A stretch of 64,000 nucleotides of DNA from positions 24,428,001-24,492,000 of the forward strand of contig OX597827.1 of the NCBI GenBank assembly GCA_951406725.2, given 5' to 3'. The position numbers were made by a program, and so were the translations under genes. How positions within the stretch are numbered: position 1 is the stretch's first letter; each line of letters starts with the position of its first letter. This document shows, in pieces, positions 26,521-39,679 of this stretch. Under the pieces are notes generated by a model. That model was not told the origin of the DNA, did not search any database, and saw only the letters and a list, made by a program, of their open reading frames with translations. Source of the DNA: Octopus vulgaris (Eukaryota).

Positions 26521-27878
26521 GTATATATGTATGGATATCCTTATGGATGTGTGCATGTATGTACAGATGTACATATGTATATGTGTATGTATGCAAACAT
26601 GCATATATGTGTGTGTGTGTGTGTGTGTGTGTAAGTATGAATGTACATATGTATGTAGGTATATATGTATGCATGACTGTAAGTATGTGTGCACATATGT
26701 ATGCTAATATGTGACACACATATAAATATACATGCGTGTGTATGTGTGTGTGCATATATGTGTGTTTGTACAGCTTCCTTAGAGTTTTTGTCAACCAAGT
26801 TCAGTGTCAAAGCTTTGCTCAGAGTGGGGTTACAGAAGAAGACAACTTACCCAAGGTACCCCACGGTGGAATGGAACCCAAAACTATGTAATCATGAAGT
26901 AAACTTCTTAACCAAAAGGCCATACTCAGAGATTAAATAAACTTATTTAATTATCCTTAATTTCTTTATAACTAATTGAATGATAAATAAATAAAGAGAT
27001 CTGCTGAAGCCAGGTTTTTGCTGTTCTGATTCTCAGTACTCAGTTACCAAAAGTTAAACAAACTGAGAGATTTTAATTAGAGTTGTTTAATTGTTCTACT
27101 TTTTTTTGGCACTAATTGGATGAGAAATAAATCTGTGACTGTAGCGGAAACCAAATTATTGCTGCTAACTTCCTCGGTATTCAGCCTGCTAAATTCAAAT
27201 ATTTTCGTCAGGGGACATAAGTGCAGTACTGATGACAGGATGTGAACTGGTGACCTCTTAGTCAACAGAAAAGATTTATTATAATTAAACAAATGGAAAA
27301 AAAAAACCCAAAATAAAAAAGTAAGACTAAAACTCCATCAACAATTCTAGTCTGGCTGGATAAGTGCCATTTAATGCAATTTTAACATTGCCAAACTATT
27401 GACTGTGTTTACACAATGAATAAGAGAGGATTTTTTTCTGTCAATATTGATGAATTTGTATCGAATTACTTAGAAATTGCCAAGTCTACAGGGGTTTCGT
27501 AATGCACACAACAAAATGAGGGCCTGTTAGTTATTTGGTTTAAGTGCATATGTGAAATTTCAGCCTGGAAATGATATTGGTTTGGTCCTAATCAGTATGG
27601 CATAACTTTGGAAATTCTTCAAGACAAGTTCTGTTCTATAGCAAATGTGACAAAATGATTTCCAACAGAAATCCAGTTGGGAAAATGGGTTCAAGTTTAG
27701 TTTTGGAGGTCATATGAAGGGTCTTCTGTTTATTAGTTGTTCTGCTTTAGTTATGGTTCTCAGTTGCTGAGTGGGTAGAGAATAATAAAATGATGATGAT
27801 GATAAGAGGAAAAGAAGGAGTATAGTGGTGATGATGATGAGAGTGATGATGATTTATATATCTGCATTCCATATCTGA

Positions 27879-27959
27879 GGCTCTGATGAAGATATAAGAT
27901 GTTTCTTAAGCACTCAATTATGAGTCTACTACATCTTACTGCAGAAATAGCTGTAAGCT
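27879..27959 (+). ncRNA. Minimal hammerhead ribozyme-like motif
   Basis: GGCU-CUGAUGA-[UAAGAUGU...ACAUCUUA]-GAAA-UAGCUG-UA|AGCU; the base of stem II is imperfect. Confidence 0.45.
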
Positions 27960-28015
27960 AATGCAGTTGACAAGATAATCACTTATTCTTTTGTCATCTC
28001 ATTTTCTTACATACA

Positions 28016-28131
<116 letters not shown>

Positions 28132-28667
28132 GGGTCATATTCTCAAGCAAATAGTCTGACATCATAGTACAAATAATTTACAAGCCAATAAAAGATGTCC
28201 TTGCAATCAGCCAATTGGTCAGAGTTAATGACCAATCATTAATGTGGACACATGCTGTGTGTGAATATGCTCTTTCTGATGGCCGATGAAAAACAAGGAC
28301 TTTTGTGAGTTGCATATTTGGTACTGCATCCTTTATGGATTTTGTAAGGGTAAAATGTTTAGAGAAAACCTATGCACTGTATACACTGGTGCTGTGTGTT
28401 CAGAGATGCCAATGGAGTTTAACAAATTCAAACCAATGTTTTCACTTTTTTGGGTATTGATGAAGAAGACCAAATGTTTGATATGATTATGCAGAGAAAA
28501 CAACATTTGAGGTGGATCTACATCAAAGTATTGGTGGGGATTTATCCTAGAAGCTTAATAAACTTTGGTCTATTGTGTAAGATAATCTCAAGCAGATTAG
28601 GAAAGCATAGAGAGAAGGGAAGTGGCTACCTGCGGATAAAGCAGAGTGTTAAACGATTTGCTGGTAC

Positions 28668-29620
28668 TGGTATCACAACTACAATTTCCATTGATTGTTT
28701 TGATTGACTACAGTTTCCATCGAAATCGATCAAAAAATCAATGGAAATTGTAGTTGTGATACCAGTGCCGGTGGCACATAAAAAGATCCATCCGAATGTG
28801 TCCGTTGCCAGCGCCGCCTCGACTGGCCTCCATGCCAGTGGCACGTAAAAAGCACCAACCGATCGTGGCCATTGCCAGCCTTTCCTGGCACCTGTGCCGG
28901 TGGCATGTAAAAAGCACCCACTACACTCACGGAGTGGTTGGCATTAGGAAGGGCATCCAGCTGTAGAAACACTGCCAGATTAGACTGGAGCCTGGTTCAG
29001 CCTCCTGGCTTCCCAGACCCTGGTCAAACCATCCAACCCATGCTAGCATGGAAAACGGACATTAAACGATGATGATGATGATGAAATGAATAAACACCTT
29101 TCTTAATTGAATTGCAATAGGCAATGAGAAATGGATAATTGATGTCAAAAATAAATGTAAAAAACTGTGTTTTTTTTTTGGTGTGTAAAAAGCACCATTT
29201 GAGTGTGGTCAATGCCAGTGCTGCCTGACTGCCCCCCCCCCCCATGCCGGTAGCGTATAAAAAGCACCATTCGAACATGGTCAGTGCCAGTGCTACCTGA
29301 CTGACCCCTGTGCTGGTGGCATGTAAAAGGCACCTTTTGAGCATGGTTGATGCCAGCGTCCCCTGAGTAGCTCCTGTGCCGATGGCACATAAAAAGCACC
29401 ATTCGAGCATGGTTGATGCTAATGCTACCTGATTGGCTCCTGTGCTGGTGGCATATAAAAAGCACCCACTACACTTTCAGAGTGGTTGGCGTTAGGAAGG
29501 GCATCCAGCTGTAGAAACCTTGCCAGATCAGATTGGAGCTTGGTGCAGCCTCCTGGCCTGCCAGTCCTCAGTCAAACCGTCCAACCCAGCATGGAAAGTG
29601 GACATTAAACAATGATGATG
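28668..29620 (+). mobile_element. Two adjacent RTE 3' UTR-type fragments (further copies near 23915-24240, 33422-33830, 37255-37660, 38850-39415, 43820-44080, 63270-63503)
   Basis: GGTTGGCRTTAGGAAGGGCATCCAGCTGTAGAAAC...CAACCCATGCTAGCATGGAAA...(GAT)n, with internal GTGGCAYRTAAAAAGCACC repeats. Confidence 0.75.
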
Positions 29621-29929
29621 AGTGGTTAGAGCATTTGGCTCATGACTTTAAGGCCATGTGTTCAATTCCCAGCAGTGCAGTGAGTCCTTGAGCAAGACAC
29701 TTTATTTGACATCAGCCCAGTTCACTTAGCTGGAAAAAGTGAGTTGTCCCTTTCAAAGGTGTCATCACATTCTGTGTCATATTGAATCTCCCTGAAAATT
29801 ATGTTAAGAGCACACATGTCTGTGGAGTGCTCAGCCACTTGCGCATTAATTTTGTGTGCAGGCTGTTCCATAGATCGGATTAACTGGAAACCTTGTTGTT
29901 GTAACCAATGGAGGGCCACACCAAATAAA

Positions 29930-30405
29930 AATCCAGTTCCAACAGCCAAGACAGATTTAAGGCCAAAGCATATTTTGCTGTGCCTTTGGTGGAATACAAT
30001 AAGTTTTATCCATTATAAATTATTGAAAAGGGCAAAAAGTAGAACCACAGAAATTTATTGTCAACAACTTGAATATGTTGATCAAGTTTTTCTCTAAAAA
30101 ACAACCAGCTCTATTCAACAGACGGTGAGTCATCCTACAACATAACAAACAATCCAAGGCCACCTCGTAACCCAAGGAATTCATGAGGCTGACAAGCACT
30201 TTCTCACACCCCACCATCCCCTTCATCACCAGACCGAGCGCCATCAGTTTTTCATTTATGCATTTGAATATTTTACAAGTGGAATAACATTCAGAAGAAG
30301 GAATGACGTCAAAATGGTATTCCAAATGTTTTTCTCTTCTAAAGAACCTGATATTTTTTGTCTGAAGAATCAGAAAACTAGTTTTTAGGTGGGAAAATGT
30401 TATTT
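29930..30405 (+). mobile_element. Decayed mariner transposase fragment
   Basis: KTDLRPKHILLCLWWN...IHYKLL...EIYCQQL resembles the mariner K.MLCVWW/YCQQL motifs. A probable 5' remnant lies at about 28130-28470. Confidence 0.65.
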
Positions 30406-30409
30406 GCAA

Positions 30410-30757
30410 CACATGCATACACACACATATATACACACATGCACACACATATACATACATGCATACATTTATACACACACATACATACATACACACACAC
30501 ATACATACATACACACACATACATACATACACACACATACATACATACACATACATACACACACATACATACACACACACACATACACACATACATACAC
30601 ACATACATACACACACATACATACACACACACATACACACACACACATACATACACACACACACATACACACACACACACACATACACACATACACAACA
30701 TACATACATACACACACATACATACACACATACATACACACAAACACATACATACAT
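30410..30757. repeat. (CA/CATA)n microsatellite
   Basis: Directly visible. Confidence 0.95.
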
Positions 30758-32365
30758 CAGCTTTTAAGCTAGTATATAGCTTTTGAGCAACTTTAAAACA
30801 GCTGAATGGTCAGATCTGCAAACAGATCTCTCACTTGTTTTGAAGAATTTGTTCCAACTGCTTCCCCCAGAGTCAGATACGAATGAAGATCATATTCGTC
30901 GCAAAAAATTATGCAAACAAAATTGCCGAAAACAATCGCAGTAATGAAAACATAGAAATCCCAAATTTCAAGATAATGGGTCTGGATTCAGCTTGGAATG
31001 TTTTTAATTTACTCAGAGTTAGCCTTTAGATTATAAAGATTGTTATCCTACAAGAAAATTTGTTGCAAAAAGTTACGTAAAAAAAAAAAAATCTCCGTTA
31101 ACAGTTGCTGTAATGAAAACTTGGGAATCCAAAATTTCAGGATTGTGGATTCGGATTTGACCTGGAATGTTTTGAATTTACTCATGGAGTCAGCCTGATT
31201 TGAAAATGGTATAATATGTTGGGATATGGCATCTAGGAGTAAAGTTGAAAAAGTGTGACTCACTGACACACTGACATTCACATTTATTATATTATATTAA
31301 GGTGGTGAGCTGACAGAATTGTTAGCATGCTGGGCAAAATGCTTAGTGGTATTTTGTCTGCTGTTAGGTTTTGAGTTCGAATTCCACCGAGGTCGACTTT
31401 GCCTTTCATCCTTTTGGGGTCAATAAAATTACTACCAGTTATGTATTGGGGTCGATGTAATCAACTTAATCCCTTCTCCCAAAGCTTGAGGCCTTGTGCT
31501 TCCAGTAGAAAGGATTTATCAAAGTTGAAAAAGTGTGACACACTGACATTCACATTTATTATATTAGATATGCTTAATTTTGGAGAAACTTAATTTCAAT
31601 TAAAGTGTATTTTATGTGTGTGTGTGTATGTAATAAAGAAAGCAAAAAATAAAACAAAAATGATAGTGTTCAGTATGTTGGTGACAGGAATTTCTGTGAA
31701 AGAGACATGATTAAACAAAGTTGTACATCATCTCCCTCCTTCTCTCACATACCCACTCTTTCTCTCTCTTTTAATTATTACTCCCACTGCCACCATTAAC
31801 ATTACTACTTTTAATAAGCATCATCAACTCTCCCTAAATTTCATTGTCGCTCTTTCTCTCCTCTTTTTCTTTCTCCCTTTCTCTCTGTCTGTCTTCGTTA
31901 CCGCCCTCATCGTCTCTATGCCTACTATTACTCTCACTCCATCATGAGTAATAGTAGGTGTGTAATTGAATAGTGAGAGAGGGGGTGTAAGTGTGACACA
32001 CTGACACACAGAAACTAGTTTTCACATTTATTATAATATATATATATATGAACTTCTCGGGTTCAGTGTCTTCTGGGGCCAAACAATGCCTTGCGAGTGG
32101 ATTTGGTAGACAAAAACTGAAAGAAGCCCATCATATATATGTGTGTGTGTGTGTGTCTGTGTGTCTGTACCTCCACAATTGCTTGACAACCAATGTTGGT
32201 GTGTTTATGCCCCTGTAACTTAGCGCTTCGGCAAAAGAGACTAATTGAATAAGTACTAGGCTTACAAATAAATCTTGAGTGTCGATTTATTTAACTAAAG
32301 GCAGTGTTCCAGCATGGCCATAGTCAAATGAGTGAAACAAATAGAAGATTGAAAGAATATACATA

Positions 32366-32762
32366 TGGTGTAGGAATGGCTGTGTGGTAAGTAGCTTGCT
32401 TACGAACCACATGGGTCTGGATTCAGTCCCACTGTGTGGTACTTTGGGCAAGTGTCTTCTACTATAGCCTCGGGCCGACTAAAGCCTTGTGAGTGGATTT
32501 GATAGATGGAAACTGAAAGAAGCCTGTTGTATATATGTATATGTGTGTGTGTGTGTGTGTTTGTGTGTTTGTCTCCCCAACATTGCTTGACAACTGATGC
32601 TGGTGTGTTTATGTCCCTGTAACTTAGCGGTTCGGCAAAAAAGACCGATAGAATAAGTACTAGGCTTACAAAGAATAAGTCCTGGGGTCGATTTGCTCGA
32701 CTAAAGGCAGTGCTCTAGCATGGCAACAGTCAAATGACTGAAACAAGTAAAAGAGTAAAGAG
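32366..32762 (+). mobile_element. Full-length tRNA-derived SINE with CORE-like domain (octopus OR2-like family)
   Basis: A box TGGCTGTGTGG, degenerate B box GATTCAGTCCC, CORE-like TTGGGCAAGTGTCTT, internal (TG)n and an AAAAGA tail. More than 10 copies in the window (e.g. 50-400, 4630-4950, 32053-32357, 34180-34587, 46330-46692, 55278-55697). The family name is from recall. Confidence 0.8.
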
Positions 32763-33582
32763 ATATATATACATACACATACCTATATATATATGTGTGT
32801 GTGTGTGTGTATATACACACACACACACACACACGCTTATATCTTCTCTTCTTTAGTTTTTCCATTTCTAACCCAACCGTTTGGTACGAAAGCAAGGGAA
32901 ATGTATCAACAGAACACTGCAAACTCAGCTAATTTTAGTTATTTGTTTTTTACTTCATTTTATTTTAGAAACCAAACCTTCAGCCCGTCTCCCACAACCA
33001 TCATATCCCACCCTTCCCCACCACCATTACCACCATCCTATGAAAAAAAAAAAAAAAGGAAATGACAAGAAATGGGGCAAAACAAAGACACAAAATAATG
33101 ATAAGACAAAGCAAACAAAAGCCGAGTTGTCCCTCAATCTATTTGCATTGTTTGTATGTTTACGTGATGTTTTGCAAGTTGTGTGATGTCTGCACAGTTA
33201 TGAGAATACCAAAGGAATTAGGATTTATGTTGTTGGCTTTGAAGAAATAAAAGACTAAACATTTATCTGACTAAAGATTGATGTAATCCTGTCTCTCGTA
33301 AAAGACAATAAGTAAATGGATTTCACTTGGTGTCAACGAAGACTGTTCCTTTTGTTTGATTAACCGAATTCCTGCCAGTGGAAATCTAAAATTTCAGATT
33401 CGAGGATGTCTTTGGTCAAGGTCATCATCATCATCATCAAATGTCCTTTTTCCATGCTGGTATGGGTTGGACGGTTCAAAAGAAGCTGGCAAACTAGAGA
33501 GCAGGGTCAGGCTCCAATTGGCAAGGTTTCTATTGCTGGATGCCTTTCCTAATGCCAACCACTTTACAGAGTGCTCCACTGG

Positions 33583-33829
33583 GTGCCTTTTATGTGGAAC
33601 CAGAATAGGTGCTTTTTATGTGGCACCAGCACAGGTGCTTTTTATGTGACACCAGAATAGGTGCTTTTTATGTGGCACCAGCACAGGTGCTTTTTATGTG
33701 ACACCAGAATAGGTGCTTTTTATGTGGCACCAGCACAGGTGCCTTTTATGTGACACCAGCATGGGTGCTTGTTATGTGGCACCAGCACAGGTGCTTTTTA
33801 TGTGACACCAGAATAGGTGCTTTTTATGT
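33583..33829. repeat. 26-bp minisatellite with alternating units (52-bp dimer) inside an RTE 3' UTR fragment
   Basis: GTGCTTTTTATGTGGCACCAGCACAG alternates with GTGCTTTTTATGTGACACCAGAATAG. Confidence 0.85.
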
Positions 33830-34686
33830 GTTTGATCATATTGTATCTATGACTTGAACATTTTCCCTCTCTCTCTCTCTCTCTCAGTGTCTTGCTATCA
33901 CATACTCAGACACACATACACACACACACATACGCACACATACACATACACACACACACACACATTCAAAGCCACATACACACAGACACATGCACACAGA
34001 CATGCGCACACAGATACAGACACACACACACACACACACACAGACACATGCACGCAGATACACACACACATTCACATTCATGTTGACTTTCACCAGAATC
34101 TGCAATAAAAATGTTTTGTTGTTTTTCTCTCCGCTCTGTGCCAGCAGGGTGCCACCCTCTTGTTGCATCTTTTATTTCTTACTTGTTTCTGTCATTAGAC
34201 TGTGGCCAGACTGGGGCAACACCTTGAAGAATTTTTACTTGAATGCATCTATCCTGATACTGTTTTTTTTTTAAAATCTCGTTCTTTAAAAAAATGCCAA
34301 GTACTTTAAGCCTGCTTCTTATTCTGTCAGTCTCTTTTGCTGAACTGCTAAGTTACAGGCATGTAAATACAACAACACCAATTGTCAAGTGTTGGTGGTG
34401 TACAAACACAGACTCACACACACATGATGGGCTTCTTTCAGTTTCCGTCTGCCAAATCCACTCACAAGGCTTTGGTTGGCCTGAGGCTAAAGTAGAAGAC
34501 ACTTGTCCAAGGTCCCACACAGTGGGACTGAACACAGAACCATGTGGTTGCGAAGCAAGCTCCTTACCACACAGCCATGCCTGTGCCTATATGCATACAT
34601 ATACATACATACAAACATATATATATTCATATATTACTCTATGTATATTTATACATACATACATTTATGTGTGTGTGTGTATATAT

Positions 34687-35068
34687 GGAAGCACTCAGTC
34701 GGTTACGACGACGAGGGTTCCGGTTGATCCGAATCAACGGAACAGCCTGCTCGTGAAATTAACATGTAAGTGGCTGAGCACTCCACAGACACGTGTACCC
34801 TTAACGTAGTTCTCAGGGATATTCAGCGTGACACAGAGAGTGACAAGGCCGGCCTTTTGAAATACAGGTACAACAGAAACAGGAAGTAAGAGTGAGAGAA
34901 AGTTGTGGTGAAAGAGTACAGCAGGGATCACCACCATCCCCTGCCGGAGCCTCGTGGAGCTTTAGGTGTTTTTGCTCAATAAACACTCACAACACCCGGT
35001 CTGGGAATCAAAACCGCGATCCTATGACCGCGAGTCCGCTGCCCTAACCACTGGGCCATTGCGCCTCC
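34687..35068 (-). mobile_element. Third tRNA-derived SINE family, full length (second copy 44125-44499; diverged copies about 29620-29905, 40550-40860, 59985-60290)
   Basis: A box TGGCCCAGTGG, B box GGTTTGATTCC; the two main copies are closely similar over about 370 bp. Confidence 0.8.
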
Positions 35069-35071
35069 GTG

Positions 35072-35122
<51 letters not shown>

Positions 35123-36137
35123 ATATACACACACACTAAACCATTTTTTATTTTCTCTCCCTGTTTATTTCTGTGTTCCTTTCTGTTGAAGAGCGTAGGC
35201 TCGAAACGCAAAAGACTTCCTCACTTTCCGAGTGTTAAACTAATACATCAGTTTGTTGTTTACACACCCATCTTTGTCTTTTGTTTTTTTGTAAATTCTC
35301 ACTAGTTATACACACACATAAATGTATGTATGTATAAAACAGAATAACTCAACAAAATATTTGTCAAATTCTGAAACTTTCTATGTTCAAACATTTTCGT
35401 TGATAACATGAGACCAAGAGATTAATGAGAAAGCTTCTTCCCTTTCAAGTCAATTTCTATGTAAAATATTGACAGAAAAAGAAAAAAATTGTTCTCTGCA
35501 GAAATTGGTGAAACCTCTACAAGGAAGAATGCTGTTAAGCAATGAGAATAAATGTCAAGTGTTCTTTGGGTATTCTAAATGGTTAGAACCGGAATTCTTA
35601 TGGGGTCCATTCAACATTCAACAGCATATGGTTACATGCCACTGTTTTACTTGTATCAGATTTTTAATCTCAAGTGGGAACAAGTTTGCTTCTTGAATCA
35701 AAGAGGAAGTCTCTTCATAGTTGCTTGACTTGCTAGAAATAACCACAAATATCTCTCACAAATCACATTCTACCATATCAAAATAAAATTTAAAAAAAAA
35801 TCTCACATTGTATTTAAATCAAAGGTCTGCTGGTTTAGGGTTGAGTTAGGACCAAACAATTAGTGAAGCCCTCATTGTCCACCCACGGTGGTAGAGGTGG
35901 AGGTGGCCGGGCTGGTGGTAGTAGGGTGGGGATAGTAGTTGTAGTTGTGGTTGTGGTGATATTCCTACTAGTGGTGGTCATGGTAGTAGTAGTTGTTGTG
36001 GTGCTGGTGGTAGTAATTCTTAGTCTTGTTATCCAGGTGGTGGAGGAGGAACAGACAAGGAGGAATTGGTCACTCCCCCTAGTGTTAAGTTAACCCTTTT
36101 TAGTGCCTTTGTATGGACCCTTCCAGTATACTTTTGT

Positions 36138-36495
36138 CTAACATATCACATCTCAAACATTTAATCACATATAAAGAAACATAATGCTTTTTCTTATACA
36201 TAGAATACGGATGCACAAAATCACAGAAGATGAAACAAAATTTCATTTAGACAAGCATATAGAAAAAAGCGAATACAGTCTGTCGCAATATAAAAAATTA
36301 ATACTTCAGTGTCTAAAAAAATTTTTTTACATTATTAAACCTAAAATAATAAATATATAAAAAATATAAAAGTACATATATAAGAAACATATAAATACAT
36401 AAGGTATAGATAAAGGTTCATCGATTAAGAATTTTTTACGATTAAAAGTTACTTTTTATGATAAAAGGAAATCTTTTAAGACAGGCTGGTGCCAA

Positions 36496-36527
<32 letters not shown>

Positions 36528-37010
36528 CATATTTACAGTCCCTGTGGCCATTTCAAGGGTTCATCAACATAGTTAATGCACAAGGGTGCATTACGGTAAT
36601 GACTCCTTCATTTTTTTTTTTTTTTTTTGCTTGGACACCGGCTTTTCTTAAAAGGTTTCCCTTAAGGTTTCCCTAATCTTAAAAAGTAACTTTTAATTGT
36701 AAAAAATTCTTAATCGATGAACTTTTATCTGTACCTTATGTATTTATATGTTTCTTATATATACGTATCTTTATATTTTTATATATATTTATTACTTTAG
36801 GTTTTATAATGTAAAACATTTTTTTAGATGCTGAAGTATTAATTTTTTAATTTTTATCTTGTGATAGACAGTACTCACTTTTTTTCTATATGCTTGTCTT
36901 AATGAAATATTGCTTCATCTTCTGTGATTTTGTGCATCCGTATTCTATGTATAAGAAAAAGCATTATGTTTCTTTATATATGATTAAATGTTTGAGATGT
37001 GATATGTTAG
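36138..37010. repeat. Long fold-back inverted repeat (about 380-400 bp arms, about 85 bp spacer)
   Basis: CTAACATATCACATCTCAAACATTTAATC... at 36138 is the reverse complement of ...GATTAAATGTTTGAGATGTGATATGTTAG ending at 37010; similarity continues inward to the poly-A and poly-T runs. Confidence 0.9.
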
Positions 37011-38447
37011 GTGGATGACCTAAATTTATTGTTTGTTCTACAACCAAAGTTTGTTAAACTCGTCTCATTTACTTGAGCACTTCTGTTGCAGTCCTATTAA
37101 CCCTCTTGTTCCTAATAAGAAACAATCACTATTATTATTAACCCATGCTAGCATGGAAAACGGATGCTAAACGATGATGATGATGATGATGATGATGATA
37201 CACACTCATAGAGGAATTTTAAAAAATTTTAGTTAGGAATTTTGGATTGGTCCTAGTGATGTAGGGCGACATGCCATGCCTGAGGAGACTATTGAGTCAA
37301 GTACATCAACATCAAAATCAAATCAATATGGAAATTGTAGTTGTGATATCCATGCCGGTAGTGCGTAAAAAGCACTATCTGAACGTGGCCAATGCCAGTT
37401 CCACTTTGACTGGCACCATAAAAAAGCACCATCCAATCATGATCGATGAAAGCTCTTTTGGCCCCTATGCTGGTGGCATGTAAAAAGCACCAATTGCACT
37501 CTCAGAGTGGTTGGCGTCAGGAAGGGCAACCAGCTGTAGAAACACTGCTAGGTCAGATTGGGGCCTGGTGCAAACTCTTGGCTTCCCAGACCCCAGTCGA
37601 ACTGTCCAACCTATGCCAGCATGGAAAACGGCCGTTAAACAATGATGATGATGATAATGATGATTGTAATTTTTGTGAACTACTTTATTGTAAAATTCCT
37701 AGAGAGTTCTGTTTATCCTAATGAGGAGGGCATTGTGGGGGTCATTGCTGAGATCTGCTTTGACTTGTAATCAGACTCTGGCAATGAATTCCTGAAATGG
37801 CCATAGATGCAGATGACATGTATGGAAGCGTGGAGTTATATTGAGTCAATTTCTTTATTAACCATGAGGTTGAGAAAAAGGGGGGATGATACGAGGACAA
37901 ACAGAACAAACATTGGGGTCAGGATATCAAATGAGACAAAACGTATGAATAAACAAACAATTAAAATATATACAATTAAACGAGAATGAGTGATTAACAA
38001 AAAATGAAGGAGTTCGCGGTTGACCCCACAAACCACATAGTCACACTGAAGACTTTGCTTTCTCCTTCTTTTGTTCTCGTTTAGACAGGTTCTTCCACTT
38101 GCAACATACTTGCTACAAACTTCCATCTTTTACGAAATGCGACAGGCATTTCTTCTCCAACCTTATTTTCCATTTCATGTGGAAAATGAAAAAGTCGATT
38201 AGCTCGAGACTGGAGATTTTGATGTTTGTTCTCTAATCAATGATTTTTGTCTCTGACTCAATTTCACTTAAGCACTTCTTTTTTGCAGTCCTAGATATAT
38301 TTTTTTGTTTCCATAAAAAGAAATGAAAATTATTTCTTGTCATATACATATATAATAAACAGAATGAGATAAGATCATTTATAAAGAGAAGGTCTGTATT
38401 TTGTATCTTCTCTACAATAATTATTACTTAAACATTTTTTCGCACCC

Positions 38448-38493
38448 TCTCTGATGAAGGGATATATAAAATATCCCAGAAACAGCTGTAAGA
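38448..38493 (+). ncRNA. Minimal hammerhead ribozyme motif
   Basis: UCU-CUGAUGA-A-GGGAUAU-AUAAA-AUAUCCC-A-GAAA-CAGCUG-UA|AGA: 7-bp stem II closed by an A.A mismatch, palindromic ACAGCUGU, 3-bp stem I. Confidence 0.55.
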
Positions 38494-39456
38494 CCTTCCC
38501 TTTATAAATGATCTGAAAACTATTCACAGCCTTGAATTTTTTTATCTCATTCTGTTAATTATTATATATATGCATGTTAATACATGATCCACATTGGACT
38601 CCTCATTCGTATCATTATTGAACCTAGAGTTTAACCATGGTCTGTCTATAGCTCTAACTCAGAGTTACCTGACACCTTAGGGTCATCTTGACTCCAACAT
38701 CTCTCATACTCTATACATACGAGGGTGAGTCAATAAGTAATACCATTTTGTTTAGGAAAGGTATAATTGATGTATCATACATCAAAATGAAGCTGGTCCT
38801 CTGTAGATCACATCCCTACTTCTCCACATAGTCACTGTTTCTCTCAATAGTACTCACAGGGTGGTTGGCGTTAGGAAGGGCATCCAGCTGTAGAAACACT
38901 GCCAGATCAGACTGGAGTCTGGTGCAGCCTCCTGGCTTCCCAGACCCCAGTCGAATCATCCAACCCATGCTAGCATGGAAAATGGACGTTAAACGATGAT
39001 GATTATATATATATACATATATATAATAGATATGCTTGAGAAGACTTGTTGAGTCGTTAAAACTGATATCATAGCTGTGGCCAGTGACCCCTGACTGGCT
39101 CCCATGCCAGTGGCACCATCTGAATGTGGCTGATGCCAGTATCCTCTGATCGGATCCCGTGCCGGTGGCATGTAAAAAGCACCATCTGAATGTGGCCAAT
39201 GCCAGTGCCCCATGACTGGTTCCTGTGCTGGTGGCACGTAAAAAGCACCCACTACACTCTCAGAGTGGTTGGCATTAGGAAGGGCATCTAGTTGTAGAAA
39301 CATTGCCAGATCAGATTGGAACCTGGTGCAGCCACTGGCTCTTCAGACCTCAGTCAAACCGTCCAACTCATGCCAGCATGGAAAATGGACGTTAAACTAT
39401 GATGGTGATGATGATATATATGTGTGTGTACACAGAAATTAAACAGAGAAAGAAAA

Positions 39457-39561
<105 letters not shown>

Positions 39562-39598
39562 TTGAGATGTAAAGAGAGTGAATAAGCATAAAACAAAC

Positions 39599-39679
39599 CT
39601 TGCTATGGATGGCGTTTAAATATGGTTTGTGACCACAGTTGCAGGTTAACAACCTCACTGCATCTGACTCAGCAAGACT
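39599..39679 (-). CDS. ARM-TIR gene internal exon B (SLAESDAVRLLTCNCGHKPYLNAIHSK)
   Basis: TTTTCAG acceptor; AAG|GTTTGT donor; 81 nt, phase 0 to 0; joins exons A and C in frame. Confidence 0.8.

Noticed and set aside
34995-35068. tRNA-like sequence with A and B boxes
   Set aside because: It is the head of a multicopy SINE and runs into SINE body; I saw no complete cloverleaf acceptor stem.
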